Shown here: piece by piece, positions 28,438 through 39,429 of the stretch | How the letters are laid out: every line of letters begins with the position of its first letter | Position numbering within the stretch: the first letter of the stretch is position 1 | Made by a program: the position numbers and the translations under genes | Notes under the pieces: generated by a model | What the model was told of the DNA's origin: nothing | What the model saw: the letters and a program-made list of their open reading frames with translations, nothing else | The model's database searches: none | IMG/VR virus record: IMGVR_UViG_3300009788_000121 | Span: 1-53,202 of that record | Length of the DNA: 53,202 nt | Strand: one strand, 5' to 3' | Source: a virus | Lineage: Duplodnaviria; Caudoviricetes

Positions 28438-28764
28438 ATGACTGACAAAGTAGTTAATTACTCTGACGAGGCCGTTACCGCCCTGCACAACGTGTATGAT
28501 GGTACCGCATCCGATGAGGATCGTAAGGCACAGGTTGCAGCACTGGCCGAGGAACTCGGCAAATCTGCTGCATCTATCCGCGCTAAGCTGACCCGTGAGG
28601 GCATTTATGTAGCACTGACCAAGGCCCCAGCTGGTAAAGCACCGGTTCGCAAGGCCACTCTGGTACAGGACATCGCTGATGCACTTAAGGTCGATGTAGA
28701 CGTGATCGGTTCGCTAGAGAAAGCAACCAAGAACACACTGGAGCGCATCCTCAAAGCTCTCTAA
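28438..28764 (+). CDS. T5 A2/D3-family DNA-binding protein (copy 2, likely the main A2)
   Basis: 'VNYSDEAV...LGKSAASIRAKLTREGIY...SLEKATK'; GGAG RBS; strong promoters; terminator 28782-28814. Confidence 0.8.
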   Translation: MTDKVVNYSDEAVTALHNVYDGTASDEDRKAQVAALAEELGKSAASIRAKLTREGIYVALTKAPAGKAPVRKATLVQDIADALKVDVDVIGSLEKATKNTLERILKAL

Positions 28765-29177
28765 GAGCAACAAAAATGCAAGGACCAGGTGGGAAACTAC
28801 CTGGTCCGTTTTTATGCGCTCTGCGCCAGTAGCTGACAGCTTCTCCCATTATAGTATACCATATTGGCATAAACAAGTCAAGTTGAAGATTTCCCGCCTA
28901 ACTGGCGCGCTTCGCGCGCAATACGGGCAATAAACGCACTTAAAGTGACTTATATGCACATATTCGAGCATTTAGCGAGATTTAAGCATGGTATACCCCT
29001 GTAGTAGTCTATATTGACCCCCCTGTTGCCACGAAGTGGGGATAAAGTACACATAATTGCCGCCGGAGGCGGCCAGTGTGACAATTAAAGGTTGTATACG
29101 TGAGAAAAACTTGACTTGACATTTTCTTGGTGCGCCCCGACCTGTAGTAAAAAAGGTCTATTTTTAGCAACCTCGAA

Positions 29178-29227
29178 TTAAATAATCATCTATATTGCCA
29201 TTTTAGGCAATATAGATGATTATTTAA
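29178..29227. repeat. 22-bp perfect inverted repeat
   Basis: TTAAATAATCATCTATATTGCC-ATTTTA-GGCAATATAGATGATTATTTAA. Confidence 0.9.
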
Positions 29228-29329
29228 AAATTCAAATACAAAAAAGGCCCACATCCGCAATGATGTAGGCCTTCCCGGAGTAACGCTTATGAGCAATGAG
29301 CGTAACTTAATTGTCAAATTTTAATTTTA

Positions 29330-29761
29330 CTACTTACCCTTATGTAGTATAGTTATAGGATCATAATTATCTGTCTGTTTTTGCATTTCCTGGCGTATAC
29401 TATCCACCTCAGCAAGAGTAGTAATTTGTCCTAATGTATCCTCTAGGGTATATGCCATATCTACTACAGTGTTTGATAGAACCTTTAATGTGGCTTTTGG
29501 AGCCTTATCGAGCCCTGGAAGCTTAATATCAAGTGCATCTTCGACACTTCTCACAATTTGTAGCTTAGTAACGGGCGTTTCACCTAACTTAGTAACATAC
29601 CCCCTAGTAAGATATAATCCATCTTTAGACAATTTAGATATAATAGATTTCTTCGGTTTATTCAATATAGTACAAAGTTTAAGTACAGTCTCCATGCACG
29701 GATTATCGCAGTATATATCATGCAGCTTTTTAGTCTCATTCATAGTGTATGAACTAGCCAT
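29330..29761 (-). CDS. T5 D3-like protein (A2/D3 family, copy 3)
   Basis: 'KSIISKLSKDGLY...YVTKLG...GLDKAPK' aligns by eye to the two A2-like genes; D2-x-D3 order as in T5. Confidence 0.7.
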   Translation of the reverse strand: MASSYTMNETKKLHDIYCDNPCMETVLKLCTILNKPKKSIISKLSKDGLYLTRGYVTKLGETPVTKLQIVRSVEDALDIKLPGLDKAPKATLKVLSNTVVDMAYTLEDTLGQITTLAEVDSIRQEMQKQTDNYDPITILHKGK

Positions 29762-30002
29762 CTATTTCTTCCTTTTTCCAGTAAAAAGGATAACTCCCGC
29801 CCTGGCCGCCTCCGGCGGCAAGTGGCGCAATATCAGGCGTTATACCTCCAGCGGCAAGTGGCACACCATTTTGTCTACATAATTTGTCAAATTTCTCATA
29901 TTTGTAAACAGCCTCTAGTTGTGCTAATTGTGATTCTAGCAAATGCAGTTGAGTTCTTTTTATGTTTACTTCATTCTGTAAATATTGTATGTCGTCTTTC
30001 AT
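29754..30002 (-). CDS. Hypothetical protein
   Basis: Coupled between the D2- and D3-like genes. Confidence 0.5.
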   Translation of the reverse strand: MKDDIQYLQNEVNIKRTQLHLLESQLAQLEAVYKYEKFDKLCRQNGVPLAAGGITPDIAPLAAGGGQGGSYPFYWKKEEIDG

Positions 30003-30943
30003 AATCTTAAATCGTCCTCTGTGTTCTCTTTAGGTTTTTCTAAGCTACCCTTCCAATTATCAGTAGCAAAGCCCTTTGAATCTTCGTAAGTATCCCCCAT
30101 CATTTGCATAATACCTGGAGGTATGTTATTATCTTTAGGTTGTGCACTCATTAATTGTGATATTACAGAATCTGCACTCTTAGGTACTTTATCCCAATCA
30201 CTAAAACATAGTATCATATCAGTACTTCTATGATTACCATACCAACACCAACCTTGTATATGTAAGTGCTTCATACACACACTTGAATCATTAAAAAATT
30301 CTACATTTTTAAATTCTTCTTTACAATCACTAACACTATAGTTAGTAGCGTAGCCTTGATTACTGTCTCTTAATGTAGATATGTATCTACCGTCAAACAT
30401 TTGTGCTGGCCAATATAAATGTTTAATAAGTCCATTCTTTTGTGGACCTCTACCTTTACCCCATTTCTTTTCTCCAGTAGCTGGATCAAGATAAGTACTA
30501 GAAAGTCCTTGTCCTAGAAAAACATCTACTTTATATACATCTTCTATATTATCAACGTCAATACCATGAACCCAAGTCATATAACTACGGTTAAGTACAT
30601 TTCTAGCACCTAGCAAAGCTAATGGAACTCCAGTACAAGCAGCTGTATCACCATATGCTTGTTTAGTGTCTGGTTTCCAATAATTGCTGGGAGCCTTTAA
30701 ATATCTAAGTAATGTAAAATTGGCAAAATCCCTAGTATGTACCGTTTTATTACCAATTTGTATACGATGTTTCGGTTCCACAAATAATAAGTCATACAGG
30801 TTGCCATGTTTACACAATTGACCGTATACAGTTGCTATTTGTTTTAATTCTGTTGTTGATAATTTAGGTATCTTACGAGTACTCCTTTCCCAACAATCTT
30901 GAGTTAAGTAAGTTAAATATCCTTCATCCAATATATCTCTCAT
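29999..30943 (-). CDS. T5 D2-like protein
   Basis: 'ACTGVPLALLGAR..LNRSYMTW' and 'KHLHIQGWCWY..HR' parallel T5 D2 motifs as recalled; AGGAG-preceded ATG at 30943 preferred to 31099. Confidence 0.6.
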   Translation of the reverse strand: MRDILDEGYLTYLTQDCWERSTRKIPKLSTTELKQIATVYGQLCKHGNLYDLLFVEPKHRIQIGNKTVHTRDFANFTLLRYLKAPSNYWKPDTKQAYGDTAACTGVPLALLGARNVLNRSYMTWVHGIDVDNIEDVYKVDVFLGQGLSSTYLDPATGEKKWGKGRGPQKNGLIKHLYWPAQMFDGRYISTLRDSNQGYATNYSVSDCKEEFKNVEFFNDSSVCMKHLHIQGWCWYGNHRSTDMILCFSDWDKVPKSADSVISQLMSAQPKDNNIPPGIMQMMGDTYEDSKGFATDNWKGSLEKPKENTEDDLRL

Positions 30944-31223
30944 TCCATCTCCTAGCTGATTTAGCCCAATGGCCGCCTTTGGCGGCAAATAGGCCAATAC
31001 TTTATTATTATACGTTATAGTTACTCTCGTAACACTGTCTTTTTCACCAATAAAAATAATTAAAAAAAATATGATTATAAGTGAGAAAAATTTCTCCATT
31101 TAAGGGAGGCTGCCACGCCGTAAGTTGGATCCTCCTAAAAGGCACCTCCAAAATACTGCTACCAGCCTCCCTACGGGAAATTTTTCATTTATAAAAAGCT
31201 CTAGATCGCTCAATATAACTAAT

Positions 31224-31351
31224 ATTATATCATACTCGGAAGCAATTGTCAAGAACTATTTTTGAGTTAGGGGTTATGTTCTTCGATTAGTGCTAGTCGC
31301 TATATAGTTTAGAAATCTCGACTTGATTATCGTTGCTTGTTGTGATATAAT
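31224..31351. promoter_or_regulatory. Divergent sigma70 promoters
   Basis: Minus: TTGACA-17-TATAAT (31252-31224). Plus: TTGATT-17-TATAAT (31323-31351). Confidence 0.8.
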
Positions 31352-32174
31352 ATATTATAAGTCGAAGGAGCATACGTTGAAAGTGAACTGCTACATAATT
31401 AAAGAAGTTAATGGGGTATATGTACGTTCTTTAGAGTCGGTTGAAGAAGTTCAACCTGGTTCTGTTATTGAGTGGATTGATGACTATAACGTTAACTCAG
31501 CCTATGGTAACACGAAAGAATTTATTCGTATCGCGGAGATTGGTTAATGAATTATATGTTAGTACAACGCACTGGTGATGATGTTAGTAAGCCTTGCGAA
31601 ATTATTCAAATGTTCACTGATGATCAAATACTATTACTTGGTGAGTTTGTACAAGACGCTATAGATAGAGATATTTATGAGCCAGGTGCTCGTGTAGCTG
31701 GTACATTCATGCATTTACTAAAACAACGGGAGAATAAGACCCTATGAAAGTTAGACAGTTAATGAGTATGCTTAGTAGATGTGATCCTGACTTGGAAGTA
31801 TATGTGCAGGATGCAAATTGTGCTGTAGCCGATAAACTGGAGTGTGCTTGGGAAAGTGTATATAACACTGAAGATTATTGGGAAGGTGGTGGTATTACTG
31901 AAGAATTAGCAGATGGTACTAAGTATGTAGTGGTGGGTGCATGACTGAAGTATGGGTTTTATCTTGGATTTTTGTTATGGGTACATTTACTCACATGATT
32001 TGTAAAGAATGGTAATAGTCTGGATCATATTTGTTATTGCTCTCCTTATACTATGTTTCATGCTACCTAGTGGTGGTGGATCATGGGTAAAACGTGACGG
32101 TACGATTATCGAGTGGGATGGTGAGGGTAATAGTTGGAAGCTAGACCCTGATGGTACATTACATGAGTATTTAA

Positions 32175-32615
32175 ATGATGGACATTAGAAGTGGCGCTAA
32201 GTACCCAGCAGGAGCATTGTCTAACTTTGCTCCTCACCCGTTTGTATTTCGTGAGTGTCAAATAAACTCTATGGAAGGATTTTTGCAGGGTCTGAAGTTC
32301 GCTCATCCGGGGATACAGTGCGAAGTGTTTGAAATGGTAGGGGCAGCAGCTAAGTCTCGTGGTAGACGTAAGAACTATGGTTCAACATTGTGGTTCCAAG
32401 GTAACCCAATTTGCAGATTTAGCGATGAATACCAGGTCTTGTTAAATGATGTTTACCTAGCTATGTTCACTCAAAATAAGAAGGCTAGGGCAGCATTGTT
32501 AGCTAGTGGTTCAGCTGTGTTGAAGCATTCAATTGGTAGACAAAAACAGGCTGATACAGTACTTACTCGTACAGAATTTTGTAGTAGATTAATGAGGATT
32601 AGGGATGTGGTTTAA
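32175..32615 (+). CDS. NADAR (YbiA-like) family protein
   Basis: 'LSNFAPHPF...SMEGFLQGLKF...AAKSRGR...AMFTQN...ALLASG'. Confidence 0.75.
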   Translation: MMDIRSGAKYPAGALSNFAPHPFVFRECQINSMEGFLQGLKFAHPGIQCEVFEMVGAAAKSRGRRKNYGSTLWFQGNPICRFSDEYQVLLNDVYLAMFTQNKKARAALLASGSAVLKHSIGRQKQADTVLTRTEFCSRLMRIRDVV

Positions 32616-33229
32616 ACGTGGAACATCATACGCCTGGCTAGAACATGGGTATTGTATCTATTTTAATCCAGTAGGGGAATTTCGTACAGCAGTTGATATT
32701 AGTGTATCATGGCTACTTGATTGTGGTTGGATTAATTGCAAAGACATTCATGTGCCGCAAAAATATCTTAACTATATTAAGGAGAACATTACGTGAAAGA
32801 AGGTGAGGTAATAATTTTACTTATAACTGGTCTATGTTCTGTTTTTGCATTTGCAGGATTAGGTTTAGGTTTAATATGGGAACATAATGTACTTGGGTTT
32901 GGTTATTTATATGGTGCTTTTATGCTATTTTGGTTATCAACTGGTATTATTAGAGGAGTTAAATGATGAAACAGTGGCAATTATTTTTAATACTTAGTGC
33001 TATTTACGTTAGTCATGTTATACCTGACGTCGGTAATCTAGTATTAAGTGGAATATGTTTAGTAACTGCTGTAGTATATGGGGTAATAGGTGAGTAAAAA
33101 AGATTTACAACGTGATTTAATGTGGTTGATCTCAGAAATTTTAGTAGATCATAAATTAGGACGTTTAAGTGTTGACTCAGAGGATTGTGCTATGTCATTA
33201 AAAGAAAAGTATGGGGATTTGGAGGATTC

Positions 33230-33619
33230 GTGAGAGAATATACAAGAAATGTTGATGCGTGTGTAAATAACCGCTATCAAAATTTTGAAGATCATAAGCG
33301 TGTGGTAACTGTCTGCTCCGGCGGATGCTTGCGTTCGCCTACCGCTGCCGTAGTACTAGCAGGTGATCCCTGGAATTATAATACTCGTAGTGCTGGCTTA
33401 ACTGAAGCATTTGCTATTGTATTATTCGATGATATTTTGTTTCATTGGGCAGATGAGATCGTAGTTATGGAACAGCACATGAAAAATGAAATTAGACTAC
33501 GTTGGCCTAATTCAGATAAGCCTATCATTGTTTTAAACATCCGCGATAACTATAGTTATCGTGATACTGAATTAATGCGTTTAATTAGGGAAAGGTATAC
33601 ACAGTATGAACAACTATAG
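33230..33619 (+). CDS. Low-molecular-weight phosphotyrosine-phosphatase-like protein
   Basis: P-loop 'VCSGGCLRSPTA', 'RSAGL', 'WADEIVVME', 'LNIRDNY'; GGAGG before GTG 33230. Confidence 0.8.
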   Translation: MREYTRNVDACVNNRYQNFEDHKRVVTVCSGGCLRSPTAAVVLAGDPWNYNTRSAGLTEAFAIVLFDDILFHWADEIVVMEQHMKNEIRLRWPNSDKPIIVLNIRDNYSYRDTELMRLIRERYTQYEQL

Positions 33620-36600
33620 GTTAAAAATAGATTCTAAAAATCATGGTACTTATACATATCGTATTGAAAAATTACAAGATTATGAGTTTGGTGATGATTG
33701 GATTCAGTTCGCTATGTTTATATCAGGTAGTACTGACAAAGAAGAACTCATTGAAAATGCCAAAAATGTGGTTAAAGAATTTAACAGTATTATAGGGGAA
33801 TTTAAATTATGATGAATCATGAAAAGGTATATAGTAAAGTAGTTAAAAGAGATACTGCATTTAAAGCAGACTTAATAGCTTCACATCAGAAATTGCCTAT
33901 GTTTACATTTGATACATTGGAAATGGGAATGTGGGCCGCTGCTTATAGTGGTTGGGTATTGGGGAAATTTGGCCCAGTAGTGCTTGAACAACGAAGTGCT
34001 GAATGGAAATTATTATGAGCAGAACAGATTGGAGATTTCCTAGACGTAAAGAACGTAAAGCTGAGGCAAAAGAACGCCAGGAGTATTGTAATTCTTTGAA
34101 TATAGAACAGCGTATTACAGTTGCTGAGGACAGACGTGGGGATTCTAAAAAGGAATTGATTAAACTGAGGAAATTACTATGAGTGATGGGATTTTTGCAG
34201 TATTTACGCTGTTCTTTGCAATACTTATAGGTTTATTTTCCATGGCTGGAATTCAAACTCTATTAACTGATACAGGTGAAATAACGCCAAATGAATTTTA
34301 TACCGCAGTTGTTACTTGTGAGAACAATGATGGATTAAAACATTTACATGTTTTAAGTGGCAGTATTTATTGCAATGATGGTGCAAAATTTAGGAGTACA
34401 AAAGAATGAAAGTAACAATTAAATTATCACAAAAACAGGAAGATAAGTTATTTTTAGCTATACTAGAAAATGGTATGAAAAATAGCTTTGAAGAAATAGA
34501 AAGACTCGATGAAAAAGTCGAGTTACCAGATTATCAAAAAGTTGACTATTATGATGCTGTAGAGTATTTAAAAGCGGCAAAAATCATTTATGGTTGGCAT
34601 AGTGTAGACACCTCTGTACTAGATAAGTTTGAATTGTAATGGTTAATTTTCTCGCTTATGTAATATTAATCTTTATTGCGGTGGCTTTATTGTGGGCATC
34701 AGATGATGATAATTTGTGTGAGTATGCAGAAGCAGAAATTGCTGCATTTGGTATGTGTGCTATGGACACAATGTGTTTTACTAATCCCGATGATTATGCA
34801 AATGTAACTTTCTTTTTAGAAATAGGTAAAAAATATTGTAATAAGGAAAAAGAATGAATATGATAATTCATAAAGCTGAAATGTTTCCCGCGGTTAAGAT
34901 ACCCATAGGTAGTAAAGGAATGAAAGCTGCTGAATTTGAAATAAAAAGACTTAAAGCTTTATGTGATACTAGATTATGTGAAATCAATAGTTTAGGGGAT
35001 ATAGTAGAACAGGGCCTTTGTAGATATAATTGTCGCAGACGTGCAGATATTTGGAAGGATGGATTTAATTTCTCTGAAATGGTATCAGGATATACAGCGG
35101 ATGAAGCATATAAAATATGGAAGGAAGATAATGAATGAAGAAGTAACATATTTAGAATTTGAAGATGAAGAAGATTCTAGATCAATGGTATACAAAGATG
35201 AAGAACGCACATCATTTAGAATTATGGTACAGCCTGAAATGTATTTGCTTGCTTTGATTGATGATCCTAAAGCAATTCAAGGTGATGTATTACCTGCAGT
35301 GAGACAATTAATGGATGCGGCATATGAACAAGGTAAACAACTAGGGAAATCATTGTAATGAGGATGCGAGCAAATGCACGATTAGCCTACGGTGTAATCG
35401 TAGATGAAGAAAAAATATATGATATTATAGGGGAAGTATATGAAGATGGTTTCTATGAATATATGGAAGATAATTATCCATCATTAGATATAACTTCTTG
35501 TGGTGCTGATATGTGTGAATTATATGTGGTTGGCCCCATGAATAATTCTAAAAGTGTAGAGTGGGGAGAATGGTTAAAAATCACGAGAAAAGATTTAAAA
35601 GATCCCTGGCATACTGTAGAGTTGGCTAAGTTTTGTGAAGATCACAAAATAGATGATTACTATGGTTGGTATTTAGGGGCATATTTTGGCTGAAATGAAT
35701 AAGGAAAGATTAATGGAAGTAACATATAAACAAGGCATGACCACAGTTTGGACCGATGGGGAGAAAATAATAATAAAAAACCCCACCGGTTTTACTCATG
35801 TAAAAGCTAATGTTGAAAATATATTTGGAATGGGTGAGTATGATAAGATTGCTGATACTCACTATACAATGGATGAAGGCGTTGGCAGATTAAATACTGT
35901 TGCCAGGGAATGGAAAATGGTAGGAGGATATATTCCTCAACGTGCACTAGACGATCTAGAAGCACAAGGCAAGGATGAAAGTTTAATTGATAAATATTTC
36001 GGAGGTACTTAATGTTTGGAACAATAATTGATGTACTTGGTACATTTACATTTGCACTAGGTTGGCTTATACTTATTTATGGATTGTGGCGCAATCAACG
36101 TGTGGCTAAGAAATCTCCTCTAGTAGATAATACTAATTTTGGGCCACGTGTAGCAGCTATCGTAGAAGTAATACTACATCCTGACCATGCTGCTTACTGG
36201 AAAAACCCTAACGGAACTAGAGTGTTTCCGGCACTGGGTCAAGATTCTAGTGAACAATTTGGTATCAGAGAAGATGATGGTAAAACAACCTGAATTTATA
36301 GATGTACCTAGCAAAGCAATATTAGATGGCGTTTCCCCTAATATAATTAAAGGAATTGAAGCGGCCGATCAAAATACAATAGTGGAGAAAATAGAGTGGA
36401 CCACCGAAGGCTTAAGAGTGTGGCTAACACCGAGGAACTTGGAAAACAGTTGCTCACAGAAGCAAGAGTCTCCTTCAGATACTGGCACTCTAGTAAATCC
36501 TGTAGAGAACACATGAATAATCCATACTTTGATAAAACTCAATGTATGGATATTCTTGATGCATTTGATGATAAAGATGAAAAGAGGTTAGCATGAAAAG

Positions 36601-37212
36601 AGTAATAACATTTGGGCCATATGAATGGTCAGAAAAAGGTTTTTGGTTTCAAAGAGACTATGTTCAAGAAGGTGCAGTTAGAGTTATTGATAATAGATTA
36701 CTTCAAGCTGTACCACATACAATAGAATTTGACGAACCTAAATATGATACGAAAACTCAAAGTATGGAAACTAGCGAAAAAGTATGGGCTTGGGTACCTA
36801 TAGATGATTGAGAAAGAAACACTTATAGCAGTAATGGCTATATTAACCGAACGTAAAAATTTAGCAGAATATAAATTTGCTCAAGGTCAAAAAGAATACG
36901 GTTTTATTGTACAAGAATTAGAAGAACAACAAAAAATATTCAGAAGATTACTTAACAGTTTACATACAATATGATTGTAGATAATAAGTGTTGTAAGTGT
37001 AATTATAAGTGGAAAGATCAACCTGGAGCATTTGCTACCTATAGAGACGAAAGAGGTGCACATTGTCCCAGGTGCGGATCTGTATATTTTAAATGGGTAA
37101 GTTATCGAAATGATCTAAGGAATCATCAAAAAGATTTTCTGACTTGATATTTCTTGAAAATTCTGTATAATATATATTATAGATTTTTCATAAAATATTT
37201 AAGGATAAACAT

Positions 37213-37560
37213 ATGCAACCTAAGATTTTAGTAGACTCTCTGGATTTAGTATTTCAAGAGGCTAAGATTACTCATCCATATTTTCAAAGTTGGTGGGATG
37301 AACTTAAGGATGTGATTGACGAAGCTTATCCTGATCTTACATCGATTCAAATTGGTCGTAAGTATGTCATGGAGACAAAGAAAGGACGTGCTATTGTACA
37401 GGTAACGAAAGAAAATCAAAAGACTTGGGTCATGTACGAACTGGAGGGTTCGTCTCGTCCTGGTTGTCGTTGGATGATTGGTAAGACTTGGTGTACTGCC
37501 GAAAAAATTCAGGCTGTTACCACAGATGCTGTCATTCCCAACACTGTGAGAGTGAAATAA
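37213..37560 (+). CDS. Hypothetical protein
   Basis: Promoter at 37144-37171; AAGGA RBS. Confidence 0.6.
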   Translation: MQPKILVDSLDLVFQEAKITHPYFQSWWDELKDVIDEAYPDLTSIQIGRKYVMETKKGRAIVQVTKENQKTWVMYELEGSSRPGCRWMIGKTWCTAEKIQAVTTDAVIPNTVRVK

Positions 37561-37733
37561 TATGACATATAGAAAATGGGAAACTGAAGTTGATAACTTT
37601 ATGGTAGTAAAGTATGGTGTAGGGATTGATGACATTCCTGATATGCCTTATCGCGATTGGTGGAAGAACGATATGCCAGTTAAAGATGCTGTCAAAGAAG
37701 CTATCCGCATAGTTAATGAAGGAGGATTTTAAT

Positions 37734-37943
37734 ATGAAAGCAGGAAGTACAGTTATAAAGAGATGTAATTGTAAATCTAAATATCAAGATTCAGTTCATG
37801 GTAAAGATTTGAGAGTACATACTGTAGGGTCTGACAAAAGTGGAACTCAATCTATAAATTGTACTATTTGTGGTCCTTCACCTAAATCAATATCTCGTTT
37901 AGTGTCTCATGGACGAGTGCACAATAAGAAAATACACGGATGA
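37734..37943 (+). CDS. Small putative Zn-binding protein
   Basis: CxC...H...CxxC; GGAGG RBS. Confidence 0.55.
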   Translation: MKAGSTVIKRCNCKSKYQDSVHGKDLRVHTVGSDKSGTQSINCTICGPSPKSISRLVSHGRVHNKKIHG

Positions 37944-38230
37944 ATGATGCACAAAAAGAAAGACTTATAAAATTGATAGAGGAATGTGGAGAAGTAATCC
38001 AGATTGCCTCTAAAACTTTACAGTACGGATTTAACGAAAGATATAAAGATAACTCAGATAATAGAGAACGTCTAGAAAAGGAAATAGCAGACGTTCTTTT
38101 TTGGGTGCTCATGTTAAATGAGTATGATGATATTAAATTAAATAATATAGATGATTATTTAGTATCAGAAGAAATATATAAAAGAAAAATGGAATATTCA
38201 CAATATCAACCTGAGAGTACGTGGAAATGA
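37940..38230 (+). CDS. MazG-like nucleotide pyrophosphohydrolase
   Basis: 'KLIEECGEVIQ...LEKEIADV'. Confidence 0.75.
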   Translation: MNDAQKERLIKLIEECGEVIQIASKTLQYGFNERYKDNSDNRERLEKEIADVLFWVLMLNEYDDIKLNNIDDYLVSEEIYKRKMEYSQYQPESTWK

Positions 38231-38760
38231 CTAATTCAGCTTTAGGAAAAGTATTTGATACTCTTTTAAATGCTATCAATTTATTCAGATTTTGGATAGT
38301 ATTAGACCCATTTGAACAGGGAATTATATTAAGACTAGGAGAATTTCATAGAGAAGTAGGTCCTGGTTTTCATTGGCGGAGAGCTTTTAATGTTGATAGA
38401 CTACTTTGGTTAAATGTACGTAAAAAAACCAGGGATAGTTGGGAAATGACTCTAACTTCTAAAGATAATAAACCTATAACTATGTCGTTTGATATGATTG
38501 TGGAAGTAGTTAATGCCAAAAAAGCATTATTAGCTGTAGATAGTTGGACTAGTGTAGCATATACTACTTCTAAAATTATGTTATCACAAATAGTAGCTAA
38601 TACCAATGCTAGTTGTATAAATGGTTCAGATTTTGCTAAAAAAGTACATAATACTATTAATCTTGTAGTACAAAATTATGGTGTTGAAGTAACTGAGTTC
38701 GGTTTAACCGATATGGCACAAAGTAAAGCTTATCGTGTATTCACGGGGGCAAGTAAATGA
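38227..38760 (+). CDS. SPFH/band-7 domain protein (second copy)
   Basis: 'FEQGIILRLGEFHREVGPGFHW', 'LTSKDNK', 'YGVEV'. Confidence 0.82.
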   Translation: MTNSALGKVFDTLLNAINLFRFWIVLDPFEQGIILRLGEFHREVGPGFHWRRAFNVDRLLWLNVRKKTRDSWEMTLTSKDNKPITMSFDMIVEVVNAKKALLAVDSWTSVAYTTSKIMLSQIVANTNASCINGSDFAKKVHNTINLVVQNYGVEVTEFGLTDMAQSKAYRVFTGASK

Positions 38761-38936
38761 TAAAGGAAAAACGAATTTTAAGTCAATTACAACTACTATT
38801 AAACGGTAAAAATGCAAGAATTAGAGACTTAACTGGAGAAATAACAGAATTAAAAAGGAAATTAAATCACAGTATCCTAGTAGTATCTAGACTAGATAAA
38901 AAACTTATAGAACTAGATAAAAACGATAAAAAATCT

Positions 38937-39410
38937 TGACTTGATAATTTTTGAAAAAGCTGTATAATATATATATAGATTGGGGAAAGGTATCTAACGT
39001 GAAAGTTTTATTGATAATGGTTGTGGCAGTGGTAGCACTTAATTGGTTATACACAGTAGCACCTGGATATGCAGTTTTTATTGGTGGAGTAGCTTTACTA
39101 TACGCTATACACAGTGAGTTTGGCTGAGCTAGTTAAAAATAATTCTTGACACCTTGTTCATTTTATGAGATAATATATTTAAGTTTGAAAATTTTGTCTT
39201 GAAATGTTATACTAATTTTGATATAATATATAAAGTGAAAAATAAATGAGGAGGCAACATTAAAATGATTGATCCCTCAATACTTAATTGGTCGGTTGTT
39301 ATTTTTATATTTCTAACTACATGGTTGTTAGTAACTATGGGAGATACTGACGGTAAATAGTTAGCAATGGAAAAATAATTCTTGACAATACGGTGAAAAT
39401 TTCGTATAAT
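38937..39410 (+). promoter_or_regulatory. Cluster of strong sigma70 promoters upstream of the RNA island
   Basis: TTGACTTGAT..TATAAT (~38937-38968); AAAAATAATTCTTGACA..GATAAT (~39135-39174); AAAAATAATTCTTGACA..TATAAT (~39371-39410). Confidence 0.75.
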
Positions 39411-39429
39411 ATAGATATAAATTTTAATA

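Larger units (their letters stand above)
31377..37147 (+). other. Long operon of ~25 small, tightly coupled early hypothetical genes (several membrane peptides; Zn-ribbon at 36971-37147)
   Basis: ATGA/TAATG overlaps and GGAG/GAGG RBSs throughout; most products unrecognised. Confidence 0.65.

Noticed and set aside
25158-28448. ORFs containing 'GHPRTCEGA' peptides and the long N-terminal extensions of 26177, 26643, 27398 and 28186
   Set aside because: They are translations of DNA palindromes or promoters; downstream ATGs with RBS fit the homologous domains better.
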